Assembly: GCA_034716415.1 (NCBI GenBank)
Contig: JAYEJB010000059.1
Span: forward strand, 68 to 64,067
Direction of reading: 5' to 3'
Length of the DNA stretch: 64,000 nt
DNA from: Patescibacteria group bacterium
Lineage (GTDB): Bacteria; Patescibacteriota; Patescibacteriia; SG8-24
Under the pieces are notes generated by a model. The model worked only from the letters and a program-made list of their open reading frames with translations, searched no databases and was not told the DNA's origin. A program made the position numbers and the translations under genes. Below are positions 26,630 through 36,207 of the stretch, piece after piece. How positions within the stretch are numbered: position 1 is the first letter of the stretch; each line of letters opens with the position of its first letter.

Positions 26630-28377
26630 GGCCTTCTCCTGATAAGTACGAACAGCCAGACGACCGCGACCAGCGCGATGATCAGCCCGAGCTCACCGAC
26701 CGAGACCCCGAGCGCGACCGCTTTCTGATCGATCCTCATTACCGCCGCCGAAGCTATCAGCAACGATGCCGCCAGTAACGCCAACACGCGTACGTCGTTC
26801 TGACGATCGAACTCCTCCTTCAGGTCGCGCAGTTCCTGCAGATTGAGCTTCACCCCGATCTCTCCCTTCTCTAGACGTTCAAAAAGCGCCTGCGTCTGTT
26901 CCGGGAGATGACGCATAAAATACAGGCTATCGAACGCACTGGTCTTGAGATTAGCCACGACCTGCCGCGGACTGAATTCCTCTTTGATGACCTCGGCCAA
27001 GAAAGGCCGCATCTCCTTTTCGATATCAATATCAGGAAACAGCTGCAGGACGTTATTCTCTATGGTCACGAAGGCCTTGGCTAAGAGGACGAGATCGGTC
27101 GGGAAGATGATGCCGTAGTTGGCACCGCTGATCAGGACCCTGTAGAGAGACTTCGACATGCTGTTCTTCTCGATCGGCTTGTAGAGTACTCCCTCGAGAA
27201 TGGTCCGCGCCTCGCTGTGGAACGTCTTGATATCCGCATCCTCTTCCTTTTTCGACAGGTCGAGGATGTGCTTGATGTAACCGTCCAGATCACGCTCCAG
27301 GAAACTGACGAAACAGCCGATGAGCTCGAACCGGTGCTTGTCCGATATGCGGCCGATCATGCCGAAATCATACAGACCCAGACGGAGCGGCACGCCTTCT
27401 TCGCCTTCTTTCTTCGGCGGCTCAGCCGGCAACACAGTCAGGTTACCGGGGTGCGGATCAGCATGGAAAAAACCGTCGATCAGGAACTGCCGGATGCCGG
27501 CCCTCAATCCGATTCGCGCGAGCTTCCGCTTATCGACGCCAGCCTCGTCCAGCGCTTTCATGTCATTCACGCGTAAGCCCTGGACGAGATCCGTGACGAG
27601 CACGGACGGCCCGACATAATCCCAGTAGACCTTCGGCACCACGACCTCGGGCATGTCGACGAAACTGTTGCGGAACATATCGATATGCGCGCCCTCTATC
27701 TCGAAATCGAGTTCGCGCATCGTCCAATCGGCGAATTCACGGACCACTCGCATCGGTCTGTAGCGCCTGCTCGACCGGATATGTTTCTCCATCAGCTGAG
27801 CCATATACGCGAGTATATGGATATCATTGACGACCGTCTCTTCTATTCTCGGCCGCCTGACCTTCACCGCGACCGGTGTGCCGTCCCTAAGCTCGGCGCA
27901 ATGTACTTGCGCCAGCGAAGCCGCGGCCAGCGGTTTTTCATCGAACGTCGCGAAGACATTCTCGATGGAGATTCCGAGTTCGGCCTCGACGATCTTTTCG
28001 GCGACTCCCGGCATGAGAGTCGGTCCGCGATCCTGTAGCTTCGACAGCTCCAAGACGAACTCCGGCGGCACGATATCCGGCCTGACACTCAAGAGCTGCC
28101 CCAACTTCATGAAGGCGGGACCCAGCCGCTCGAGAACACACCTCAGCCGCACCTCGGGTGGAACCTCCCGCACCCGGATCCCGACCGCCCGCACGCCGGT
28201 CCGCGCACCCTTCTTCAACGAGTACTTCATCCTGCTCCGGAGCGGTACCAGATACCGCAGATGCATCTCATCGACAAGAAAAGAGAAGCCCTCCTCGAAC
28301 AGTACGGTCACGACCGTCCTGAACCGGCGGATATCTCCGATAGTCTGCTTGAATTTCGGGAAAGGCGAGCCGTTCAT
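26626..28377 (-). CDS. ABC1/UbiB-family atypical protein kinase
   Basis: 583 aa; GPAFMKLGQLLSVRPDIVPPEF, ASLAQVHCAEL..VAVKVRRP, HADPHPGNL motifs of the ABC1/ADCK family; two C-terminal TM helices. Confidence 0.85.
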   Translation of the reverse strand: MNGSPFPKFKQTIGDIRRFRTVVTVLFEEGFSFLVDEMHLRYLVPLRSRMKYSLKKGARTGVRAVGIRVREVPPEVRLRCVLERLGPAFMKLGQLLSVRPDIVPPEFVLELSKLQDRGPTLMPGVAEKIVEAELGISIENVFATFDEKPLAAASLAQVHCAELRDGTPVAVKVRRPRIEETVVNDIHILAYMAQLMEKHIRSSRRYRPMRVVREFADWTMRELDFEIEGAHIDMFRNSFVDMPEVVVPKVYWDYVGPSVLVTDLVQGLRVNDMKALDEAGVDKRKLARIGLRAGIRQFLIDGFFHADPHPGNLTVLPAEPPKKEGEEGVPLRLGLYDFGMIGRISDKHRFELIGCFVSFLERDLDGYIKHILDLSKKEEDADIKTFHSEARTILEGVLYKPIEKNSMSKSLYRVLISGANYGIIFPTDLVLLAKAFVTIENNVLQLFPDIDIEKEMRPFLAEVIKEEFSPRQVVANLKTSAFDSLYFMRHLPEQTQALFERLEKGEIGVKLNLQELRDLKEEFDRQNDVRVLALLAASLLIASAAVMRIDQKAVALGVSVGELGLIIALVAVVWLFVLIRRRP

Positions 28378-28838
28378 ATGGCACCGATCAACTGAAGCGC
28401 TTTCCTGAAGGACCGGACGGCTTTCCGTGCTATCCCCCGATCCAGCCGATAGGTAGCCTCATGGACCAGCTGGTTTCTGACCTTGTGCGCCCACCAGACC
28501 TCACGGATCTTCGGGTATTTATAGGACGCGAACTTCAGCCGCTCACCCAATGTCGTTCCGGGCATCGCCATCGATTTCAGCGCGTGGTCGAGTAGTTTGT
28601 CCGCCTCTATGACGGCGAGCTTTGGACTCAACTCACCCGGTGCGTCCAGGAGGGACTCCACTTCTTTCCACCGCCGTCGCATGGCGCTGCGGTCGCCCAC
28701 CTCATACTGCCTGGATGCGGCAAAACGCCTGAAATTGACGTAGATGAGCCAGAACAGGATCACCAACAAGGCGATCAGCAGTACCGCGCCGATCCCCTTG
28801 GACACTTCCAGAATGTTGAATGTCACTGTCATCGTCAC
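28374..28838 (-). CDS. membrane-anchored hypothetical protein with HEPN-like R-x4-H motif
   Basis: 154 aa; N-terminal TM (IGAVLLIALLVILFWLIYV); AHKVRNQLVHE motif; assignment speculative. Confidence 0.5.
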   Translation of the reverse strand: MTMTVTFNILEVSKGIGAVLLIALLVILFWLIYVNFRRFAASRQYEVGDRSAMRRRWKEVESLLDAPGELSPKLAVIEADKLLDHALKSMAMPGTTLGERLKFASYKYPKIREVWWAHKVRNQLVHEATYRLDRGIARKAVRSFRKALQLIGAI

Positions 28839-29350
28839 TCAATATCAGCTATCCATAGGACCCGCACAGGCAAGTCGTGGTGCGACCAGGTGATGCTTAA
28901 TTCTCCACCCTTTCTGGCCCTATGGAGTTTCTTCCCGATAGCGACCGCTAAATGAGACTTGGCCGTACTCACGACGAAGCCGCTTCTGGTCGACTTGATG
29001 CGCAGTATCCGGTCACAGGCGTCTCTCTGACGCTGCAAATCCCCGATGTTCTCCACCAGATTCAGCAACTCCTGCTTTTCGGATCGGCTGAATTTACCGA
29101 CGGCCGTGACTTGCCCACCGAAATTTACGACCTGACCGCCCTCACGCATGTATTTCGGCCCATGCTCGTGCAGTTCCAGTTCATCGGCATACATGTTATC
29201 GCGTCTAGCCTTAAAATGAAACGAACCGGATATCTCTGACCGGGTCTTTTCGTCAATTTTCCTGACATTCTTGCTAGGTGTTATTTTTCGCCTGATGACT
29301 CTTTTGCCAGGCTTATTTGGATGATTACTCATAAAATCACATCCTTTCAT
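28835..29350 (-). CDS. hypothetical protein (basic N-terminus)
   Basis: ~170 aa from MKGCDF; the longer track ORF would overlap the gatA stop, so an internal start was chosen; no family recognised. Confidence 0.45.
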   Translation of the reverse strand: MKGCDFMSNHPNKPGKRVIRRKITPSKNVRKIDEKTRSEISGSFHFKARRDNMYADELELHEHGPKYMREGGQVVNFGGQVTAVGKFSRSEKQELLNLVENIGDLQRQRDACDRILRIKSTRSGFVVSTAKSHLAVAIGKKLHRARKGGELSITWSHHDLPVRVLWIADIE

Positions 29351-29354
29351 TATA

Positions 29355-30818
29355 TTATACAGTCGCGGGGATGAATTCAGTGAATCCGCCACTGGCCTGC
29401 TCAAAGGCATGCGCAGCCTTAAGCACTGTTTTATCGTCAAAATGGCGCCCGATCAACTGTAGGCCCACGGGAAGCCCGTCCGACAAGCCGCATGGCACGC
29501 TGATCGCCGGAAGACCGGCAACATTCACCGACACCGTAAAGATATCCTGCAGGTACATCGAGAGCGGATCATCCATCATCTCACCGAGTCGCCAGGCAAC
29601 GGTCGGTGCGGTAGGCGACAGAATGCAGTCGACATCAACGAACGCCTTGGTGAAATCGTTGGCGATCAGGCGTCGTACTTTCATGGCGCGCAAATAATAC
29701 GCATCATAGTATCCGGCCGACAGCGCGTAGGTGCCGATCATTATCCGTCTGCGGGCTTCCTTGCCGAAACCCGCGCCCCTCGACTTCCTGTATGTCTCCT
29801 CAAGCGTATCCGCCGGTATGCGCGTCCCATACCTGATACCGTCGAACCTCGCCAGATTGGAACTCGCCTCGCACGGCATGATGATGTAATACGTAGCGAG
29901 CGCGTAATCGGAATGCGGTAGGCTGATCTCCTTGATTTCCGCCCCAAGCTCCTTGAACCGCTCAATCCCTGACCGAACGGCGGCTTCGACACCGTCTTCC
30001 ATCCCGGACACGAAGTACTCCTTCGGAATGCCGATCTTAAGTCCTTTCACGTCATGTCCGATCGATTCCGGCAGCACCCAGTCATCCTTCAGGTCCACAC
30101 TGGTCGAATCATTGCTGTCGCGTCCCTCGATGATGCGCAGCAGATCGGTAGCGTCACGGACACTCCTCGCGAACGGACCGATCTGATCGAGACTCGACGC
30201 GAGAGCGATCAGTCCGTACCTGGAAACGCGTCCGTAGGTCGGTTTGAATCCGACGGTACCGCAAAGAGCGGCTGGCTGACGGATGGATCCGCCGGTATCA
30301 GAACCCAAGGCGATCGGAGCCGATCCTTCCGATACGGCCACCGCTGAACCACCCGAGGAACCACCAGGAACCCGCTCCGTATCCCAAGGGTTCCTGGTCA
30401 CACCGTGACAGGAACTTTCTGTCGACGAACCCATCGCGTACTCATCCATGTTCGTCTTTCCGAGAATCACGAGTCCTGCCTTGCGCACCCTCACCACTGC
30501 TGTCGCGTCATACGGAGCGACATATTCCTTCAAGATGTTCGAGCCCGCGGTCGCGCGCCTCCCGGTGACCAGCATGTTGTCCTTGATCGCGATCGGCACC
30601 CCGTCGAGACACGACAACGTCTTCCCTTTCGAGCGACGCCTGTCGGCTTCATCGGCGGCGGCAAGCGCGCCGTCTTCATCGATATCGACGTAAGCATGAG
30701 TACTTTCGGTGTTCCCCTTGGCGACCCCAAGATAGGCTTCGGTGACATCACGCGAACTGAACTTGCCCTCTTCGAGGTCTTTTGCGATATCGGAAGCCGT
30801 AAGTCCTTTAGTTTCCAT
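29355..30818 (-). CDS. gatA: Glu-tRNA(Gln)/Asp-tRNA(Asn) amidotransferase subunit A
   Basis: 487 aa; amidase signature GGSSGGSAVAV and KDNM...G motif; adjacent gatC. Confidence 0.9.
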   Translation of the reverse strand: METKGLTASDIAKDLEEGKFSSRDVTEAYLGVAKGNTESTHAYVDIDEDGALAAADEADRRRSKGKTLSCLDGVPIAIKDNMLVTGRRATAGSNILKEYVAPYDATAVVRVRKAGLVILGKTNMDEYAMGSSTESSCHGVTRNPWDTERVPGGSSGGSAVAVSEGSAPIALGSDTGGSIRQPAALCGTVGFKPTYGRVSRYGLIALASSLDQIGPFARSVRDATDLLRIIEGRDSNDSTSVDLKDDWVLPESIGHDVKGLKIGIPKEYFVSGMEDGVEAAVRSGIERFKELGAEIKEISLPHSDYALATYYIIMPCEASSNLARFDGIRYGTRIPADTLEETYRKSRGAGFGKEARRRIMIGTYALSAGYYDAYYLRAMKVRRLIANDFTKAFVDVDCILSPTAPTVAWRLGEMMDDPLSMYLQDIFTVSVNVAGLPAISVPCGLSDGLPVGLQLIGRHFDDKTVLKAAHAFEQASGGFTEFIPATV

Positions 30819-30822
30819 ATGA

Positions 30823-31122
30823 TTAAGAGAAAACCGCCTTTACCTTCAGCATGTCGTCCTCGCTTTCCGGGAACGAATCCACGACCTGGTCTCGCACTCC
30901 TTTCGCGCATGGCACGGCTTCATCTTCGCGTAACACATTCAGGACGGGCACGCTGTGGCTCATGGGTTCCGTATCTTCGACATCGACTTTCGACAACTTA
31001 CCGACATATTCAAGAACCGACGAGATATTCTCGCGGAAAGACTCCTTCTCGTCATCCGCCAGCTCCAACCTGGCCAGGCCGGCGATCTTTTCGACTTCTT
31101 CAGAGGTGAGAGACATATGCAT
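30823..31122 (-). CDS. gatC: Glu-tRNA(Gln)/Asp-tRNA(Asn) amidotransferase subunit C
   Basis: ~98 aa from MHMSLTSEEVEKIAGLARLEL; typical GatC N-terminus; the upstream extension in the track ORF reads through a hairpin repeat. Confidence 0.8.
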   Translation of the reverse strand: MHMSLTSEEVEKIAGLARLELADDEKESFRENISSVLEYVGKLSKVDVEDTEPMSHSVPVLNVLREDEAVPCAKGVRDQVVDSFPESEDDMLKVKAVFS

Positions 31123-31135
31123 CAGTAGATAAGGT

Positions 31136-31205
31136 GACGGAGCGGGGAAAGGGGACAAAACGGAGAAACATCCTTCCTCCGCCCCCTCCGCTTCCTCCGC
31201 TCCGA
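31136..31205. repeat. GGAGCGGGGAAAGGGGACAAAACGGAG...CCTCCGC hairpin (same family as 25776)
   Basis: Read directly in the gatC / ligA spacer. Confidence 0.6.
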
Positions 31206-33278
31206 TTACTTCATAACCATAGCCAAAAAGTCAGGCTCCTTCAAGACTGTCACGCCGAACTTCTTCGCCTTATCCAACTTCGACCCCGGACTCTCCCCCA
31301 CCACCAGGAAATCAGTACTTCCGGAAACAGAACCGACGACCTTGCCGCCCAGGACGCGTATCCGATCCTTAGCCTCATTACGGGTCATTTTCCGCATGGT
31401 TCCGGTAAGCACGAAGGTCTTTCCCGTAAGCGGACCGGCCGTCTTCCTGCCGCTGACCGACTGGACTTCCATGTATTCGAGCAGACGATCTACCAGTCTG
31501 GAATTCTTCTTGTCGCTGAAATAAGCTGCCACGCTTTCGGCTACGATCGGTCCGACTCCCTCGACAGAAGCCATCCTCTCTTGTGGTGCCTCCCGCAGGG
31601 CTTCGATGCCGCGGAACTCATCCGCCAGATCCATCGCGGTCTGCGTGCCCACATGTCGGATACCGAGCGCGTAGATAAACTTGCCGAGCGGCACCTTGCG
31701 GCTGGTCTTGATGGAAACGATCACGTTCTCGGCGGATTTCTTTCCAAAACCCTCAAGACCCGTCAGATCCGCCTCGGTCAGCGTAAACAGATCCGCCGCG
31801 TCGCGGACAAGCCCTTCTTCCATGAACTTTTCGATCATCTTGCCACCGACCCCATCCGCATCGATCCCGCCTTTCGATATGAAGTGCATGATACCCCGCA
31901 GTGAACGGGCATAGCAGTCCTTATTGGCGCAGTAATGAGCTACTCCGCCTTCATCCTTCCTGACGGCGGAGCCGCAGAAAGGACACTTCTTGGGCATCCT
32001 GAACTTGCGCTCATCACCGTTCCTGGCCTCTTCGATGACCCTGATCACCTTCGGAATGATGTCACCCGCCTTCTCGATGACGACGGTATCCCCTATCATG
32101 ACGCCCAGCCGTCCGATCTCATCCATATTGTGGAGCGTCGAGTGCGTAACGGTCGTTCCGGCGACCTTGACCGGACGCATGACAGCGACCGGAGTAAGAG
32201 CTCCCGTGCGTCCGACCTGAATGCGGATATCCTCTATCACGGTAGTCGCCTGTTCCGCCGGAAACTTGAAAGCGACACTGCCTCGCGGCGCCTTTCCGAC
32301 GACGCCGAGCCGCCCGAACAACGCATCGTCATTCACCACGACGACGATACCATCGATCCAATACGGCAACCTGTCGCGCTTCTTGTGTATCTTCCGATAG
32401 TGGTCGCCGATCTCGCCCGGCGATTCCACCCGAATGCTGAGTGGATTTATCTTGACCCCCAACAGCTTCATCAGTTCATGGGCCTGTTCGTGAGTACCGA
32501 GACCCAAGTCACCGAGTAACGCGTAACCGAAGAAGTCCAGACCTCTCTGCCGCGCGACGGCCGGATCCAACTGTCGGATACTGCCGGCGGCCGCGTTCCT
32601 GGGATTGGCGAACAACGGCTGCCCTGCTTTCTCCTGCTCCACGTTCAGCCGGTCAAAAATACCCTTTGGCATGAACACCTCACCCCGCACCTCGATCCGC
32701 CCGGCCAATCCACTCATCACCTCACGGAACCTGTCGACATCAAGCCGCTCACCGAACTTCCTGATGAACGCATCGACCTCCTTCTGTTCCGGTCGTCGCA
32801 ACCGCAACGGAATCGCTTCGACTGTCTTGAGATTGTTCAGGACATCCTCACCCACTTCTCCGTCTCCCCGGGTCGCACCGACCGCAAGTAGCCCGTCTTC
32901 GTAGACAAGAGAGACCGCGAGACCGTCCATCTTGAGCTCCACATAATACTCTTCCGGGGTCTCGCCGACATGCTTGCTGATCCGTAAGTTCCAGTCTTCG
33001 AGTTCATCCGACGAAAAGACATCCTCCATCGAGAGCATCCGCGTCTCGTGCCGGACCTTCCTGAACCTGTCGAGCGGTTTTCCCTCGACCCGCTGCGTGG
33101 GCGAATCTGACGTGACCAGGTCCGGATACTCACGTTCCAGCCCGAGAAGTTCATGTTTCAGGGAATCGAGCGCCGCTTCGGATATCTCCTGCTTATCGAG
33201 GACATGATAAAGATAGCGATGATGGTTTATCGCTTCTTTCAGCTGGTCAATACGTTTTTTCGCTTCTTGTTTGGTCAT
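31206..33278 (-). CDS. ligA: NAD-dependent DNA ligase LigA
   Basis: 690 aa; KMDGLAV adenylation motif, Zn finger CPFCGSAVRKDEGGVAHYC, HhH and C-terminal BRCT region. Confidence 0.95.
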   Translation of the reverse strand: MTKQEAKKRIDQLKEAINHHRYLYHVLDKQEISEAALDSLKHELLGLEREYPDLVTSDSPTQRVEGKPLDRFRKVRHETRMLSMEDVFSSDELEDWNLRISKHVGETPEEYYVELKMDGLAVSLVYEDGLLAVGATRGDGEVGEDVLNNLKTVEAIPLRLRRPEQKEVDAFIRKFGERLDVDRFREVMSGLAGRIEVRGEVFMPKGIFDRLNVEQEKAGQPLFANPRNAAAGSIRQLDPAVARQRGLDFFGYALLGDLGLGTHEQAHELMKLLGVKINPLSIRVESPGEIGDHYRKIHKKRDRLPYWIDGIVVVVNDDALFGRLGVVGKAPRGSVAFKFPAEQATTVIEDIRIQVGRTGALTPVAVMRPVKVAGTTVTHSTLHNMDEIGRLGVMIGDTVVIEKAGDIIPKVIRVIEEARNGDERKFRMPKKCPFCGSAVRKDEGGVAHYCANKDCYARSLRGIMHFISKGGIDADGVGGKMIEKFMEEGLVRDAADLFTLTEADLTGLEGFGKKSAENVIVSIKTSRKVPLGKFIYALGIRHVGTQTAMDLADEFRGIEALREAPQERMASVEGVGPIVAESVAAYFSDKKNSRLVDRLLEYMEVQSVSGRKTAGPLTGKTFVLTGTMRKMTRNEAKDRIRVLGGKVVGSVSGSTDFLVVGESPGSKLDKAKKFGVTVLKEPDFLAMVMK

Positions 33279-33281
33279 GGT

Positions 33282-33372
33282 GGAGTTTAGGAGCTAAGGA
33301 GTTTAGAGGCTCAAGAGCAATTCTTTTAAAAAATTCGTCCCTTAGCTTCTCGGCTCCTTAGCTCCTAAGCTT
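33282..33372. promoter_or_regulatory. leader-region TTAGGAGC/GCTCCTAAG inverted motif array 5' of ligA (paralogous to 2618-2702)
   Basis: GGAGTTTAGGAGCTAAGGAG...CCCTTAGCTTCTCGGCTCCTTAGCTCCTAAGCTTCG. Confidence 0.4.
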
Positions 33373-33375
33373 CGA

Positions 33376-34191
33376 TTATGGACAACTTATCGGCCGGTTT
33401 CCCTTGACGAGAGAACATTCACTGAATACCACGAAATCAAAGATGCCGGAAAGCGGCGCGCCATGCAGCATACTGGCCAGAAGACGACGTCTCGTATCAC
33501 CGAATTCACCGGTCACATCTATCTCTATGCGGCCCGGCAGCGCCACCGGATTCGATCCGACATCATAAGCGCGGACGGTCACATTGTCGAGTGTGGCGTT
33601 TTTCGCGCGGAGACGCACCTTGTAGAGCTTGTTGGACGGTCCGGTGGATATCGTAGCCGGCCTCGAAGCGAAGTCATAGGTCCGGGTCTCGGAGCTCGGC
33701 GCCCAGGCGATCGGTGCTCCCGGTATCCAACTGACCATACTCAACGTAAGGACCGAACAGCCGCCACATCCGTCACTCCAGTCTATCTCTACGTTGGCGA
33801 TCGGTGTCGCGATTGTCGGAGCTTCCGGACTGAACAGGTTCACTTCGATGAACTCATCTTCAGGAATGGTCGCGTAGACGATCTCTTTCGTGTCCGAGAC
33901 GACACTCGACCAGGTCGAACCGGACGGTACGGTCCGGAGCGCATAGGACCCAGGCAGATTACCGGTCTTTCTGGCGTTATATAATGACTCCTCGATACCC
34001 GTTTCAGCCGCGTAGAACGCCACAATTGACTGGTCGATGACCTTAGTCTGCTGTAGCAGGTTCAGCACCAGCGAACCGAGCCCTACCGAACCGATCATGA
34101 CAGCGCTCAACACGAGAAGCGAAAACAGCAAGACCGCTCCGCGCCCCTGCCCGACTCCGGACGATCTCGTTTTTTTACCGGAAATAATCAT
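33376..34191 (-). CDS. membrane-anchored hypothetical protein at the distal end of the pilin cluster
   Basis: 271 aa; N-terminal TM (AVLLFSLLVLSAVMIGSVGLGSLVL); no prepilin GFxxxE motif. Confidence 0.5.
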   Translation of the reverse strand: MIISGKKTRSSGVGQGRGAVLLFSLLVLSAVMIGSVGLGSLVLNLLQQTKVIDQSIVAFYAAETGIEESLYNARKTGNLPGSYALRTVPSGSTWSSVVSDTKEIVYATIPEDEFIEVNLFSPEAPTIATPIANVEIDWSDGCGGCSVLTLSMVSWIPGAPIAWAPSSETRTYDFASRPATISTGPSNKLYKVRLRAKNATLDNVTVRAYDVGSNPVALPGRIEIDVTGEFGDTRRRLLASMLHGAPLSGIFDFVVFSECSLVKGNRPISCP

Positions 34192-34814
34192 CGCTCGTAT
34201 CTACGGCTGGTGGCCGTGGTCTGTAAATAAGTATAGGTGCGCTCATCAATCTTGCGTGACGCGCTTTCGAATGACATCACGATCGTGACAGAGGGCTGGA
34301 TATTCGACAGGTAGGAGCCGGCCGCGGAATTGAACGCGAACGGATCCACGTCAGGACTGACGTAAAAACTGACGGACCTGACCCTGATGCCTTTCGGGCT
34401 GATGGGGGCGGGCGGATTGACGCCGACCGCCACCAGCAGACACGGACGACTGTTCTCGTTCGGACAATCGGCTTCAGTGCTTGCGTCGCTCTCGAAAAAC
34501 CTGATCTGATCCCCCTCACTGTCGATCAGAGCGAGCTCCGTATCCGGCGTACCGAGCGGTTGGGCACGGCCGGCATAATAATCCAGGTCGATCACACCCG
34601 TCCTGACTTCTCTGACCATCGCCTCCATCGTATACCTGGCGCTGGCCTGCATGCTTTCGAGGTCGAACACCTTCCTCTGGGTGCGACTGGCCAACAAGAA
34701 AATGTCTGTCGCCGCGACGATGAGCGTCGAAAAGATCGTGATAGCGACGATCATCTCCATCAGCGTGAATCCACGACAGCTACTCCTCACGGCCTTTCGC
34801 TCATGCATGCGCAT
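34188..34814 (-). CDS. type IV pilin-like / pseudopilin
   Basis: RGFTLMEMIVAITIFSTLIVAA prepilin N-methylation motif; start placed at the Met after the upstream CCCGTCTTGCC tandem repeats. Confidence 0.65.
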   Translation of the reverse strand: MRMHERKAVRSSCRGFTLMEMIVAITIFSTLIVAATDIFLLASRTQRKVFDLESMQASARYTMEAMVREVRTGVIDLDYYAGRAQPLGTPDTELALIDSEGDQIRFFESDASTEADCPNENSRPCLLVAVGVNPPAPISPKGIRVRSVSFYVSPDVDPFAFNSAAGSYLSNIQPSVTIVMSFESASRKIDERTYTYLQTTATSRRYER

Positions 34815-34909
34815 ACCCAAAACACGCGGAAAGACGCGAAAAAACAATCCCGTCTTGCCCCGTCTTGCCCCGTCTTTCCACATTTTGCCCCGTCTTGCCC
34901 CGTACATAA

Positions 34910-35566
34910 TCACCGCCAATTAAACATCCGTTCGACCACGTGAATCTCGCGCTCGTCTCCTCCCGCACTGGTCCACCTCACGTATGATCTGACGTCAATC
35001 CCGATCTTTTCGGTGGCGCAACTTTCACCGTCGGCCTTCAGTTCGTAATTGATGAAGTTGGACGTACTGCCGGCCACGACACTACAAAGCGCCCTGGTGT
35101 GCGTTATCCGACGAAAAAGCGTGGTATCGGTGCCAGCTGGCTGAGGAATCCCCTGAAGAAACATTCCCGGCTGTTCGGGTCCGCCGGTCACGACTTGTCT
35201 GTATACGGCGGTCTCGACATCATCGAGACTGCCTGCCCCGAAATCCATCGACCAGGACTTAGTGGCGGCATCGAATATGACGACGCCCGAGTAATCGAAG
35301 CCCGCACCCTCCAGACCCTGATCCCAGTCGTTTCCGGCCAGCCAGTTGGAATCGCGCATGGCCCTGACGACCTCCACGCCCTCTCTAGCCAGATTTGACG
35401 CGATGAGCCTGTTATCACTCTCCTTGGCCGCGTTGATCGAGCTTTGGACCAGCGTCAAAGCGGCCCCCACCGCAGTGACGATGATTCCTGAAGCCACGAT
35501 CGCCTCAAGCAAGCTCTGCCCGGCGCTACGCGCTTTCATATTTTTATGTGCGCTCCTGGAGAACAT
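34910..35566 (-). CDS. type IV pilin-like / pseudopilin
   Basis: 218 aa; N-terminal AGQSLLEAIVASGIIVTAV (G-x-S-L-L-E class III leader-like). Confidence 0.55.
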   Translation of the reverse strand: MFSRSAHKNMKARSAGQSLLEAIVASGIIVTAVGAALTLVQSSINAAKESDNRLIASNLAREGVEVVRAMRDSNWLAGNDWDQGLEGAGFDYSGVVIFDAATKSWSMDFGAGSLDDVETAVYRQVVTGGPEQPGMFLQGIPQPAGTDTTLFRRITHTRALCSVVAGSTSNFINYELKADGESCATEKIGIDVRSYVRWTSAGGDEREIHVVERMFNWR

Positions 35567-35573
35567 AGTGATG

Positions 35574-36206
35574 TCATTCCACTGAAACCAGTCCGGAAAT
35601 GCGGTTCACCGTCACTGATTGCTGCGTACCGGTATGTTGATGCTCGAGAACGATCGTCGCGATGCCGTTTACGATAGAATCGTTGAAATACATCTTGGGT
35701 TTCGGCGGTTCAAATATGATATCCAGAACGTTCGCGTCATTCGGGGTCACTGACAGGATATTGACGAACGGCCCCGATGATATCGCATCGAACCTGACCG
35801 CCTCACCTGACTCATATCGCTTGCTTCCGTTCGTGTCGGCGAATACGATCAGCTCACGATTTTCGCCGGAAAGAGTCGATATCCTGACTCCCCACGCATC
35901 AGGTATGTCCTTCGTGCAGACACCGCCGCCGCATTCCGAATCATTCCCTGACGGACAGACCTTGCCTTCGTCCGCACCGCCATGACAGAAAAAGATCGAA
36001 TATCCGGCAACGGCCTGCGTCTGCGCTCTCCTGACGGTCGATGCGACCAGCCGCGCAGACACCCTTAATTCATCACCTTGAGCACCGGCCCTGAAATTCG
36101 CCACGGCCATCGCAGTGATTACCGCGAATATCGACAGCGAAATCAACATCTCGATGAGTGTGAATCCGCGCTGCCCTCGTTTTCTTCGCATGAATGATTG
36201 CGACAT
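35574..36206 (-). CDS. pseudopilin (GspH/FimT-like)
   Basis: 210 aa; RGFTLIEMLISLSIFAVITAMAV prepilin motif. Confidence 0.7.
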   Translation of the reverse strand: MSQSFMRRKRGQRGFTLIEMLISLSIFAVITAMAVANFRAGAQGDELRVSARLVASTVRRAQTQAVAGYSIFFCHGGADEGKVCPSGNDSECGGGVCTKDIPDAWGVRISTLSGENRELIVFADTNGSKRYESGEAVRFDAISSGPFVNILSVTPNDANVLDIIFEPPKPKMYFNDSIVNGIATIVLEHQHTGTQQSVTVNRISGLVSVE

Positions 36207-36207
36207 A

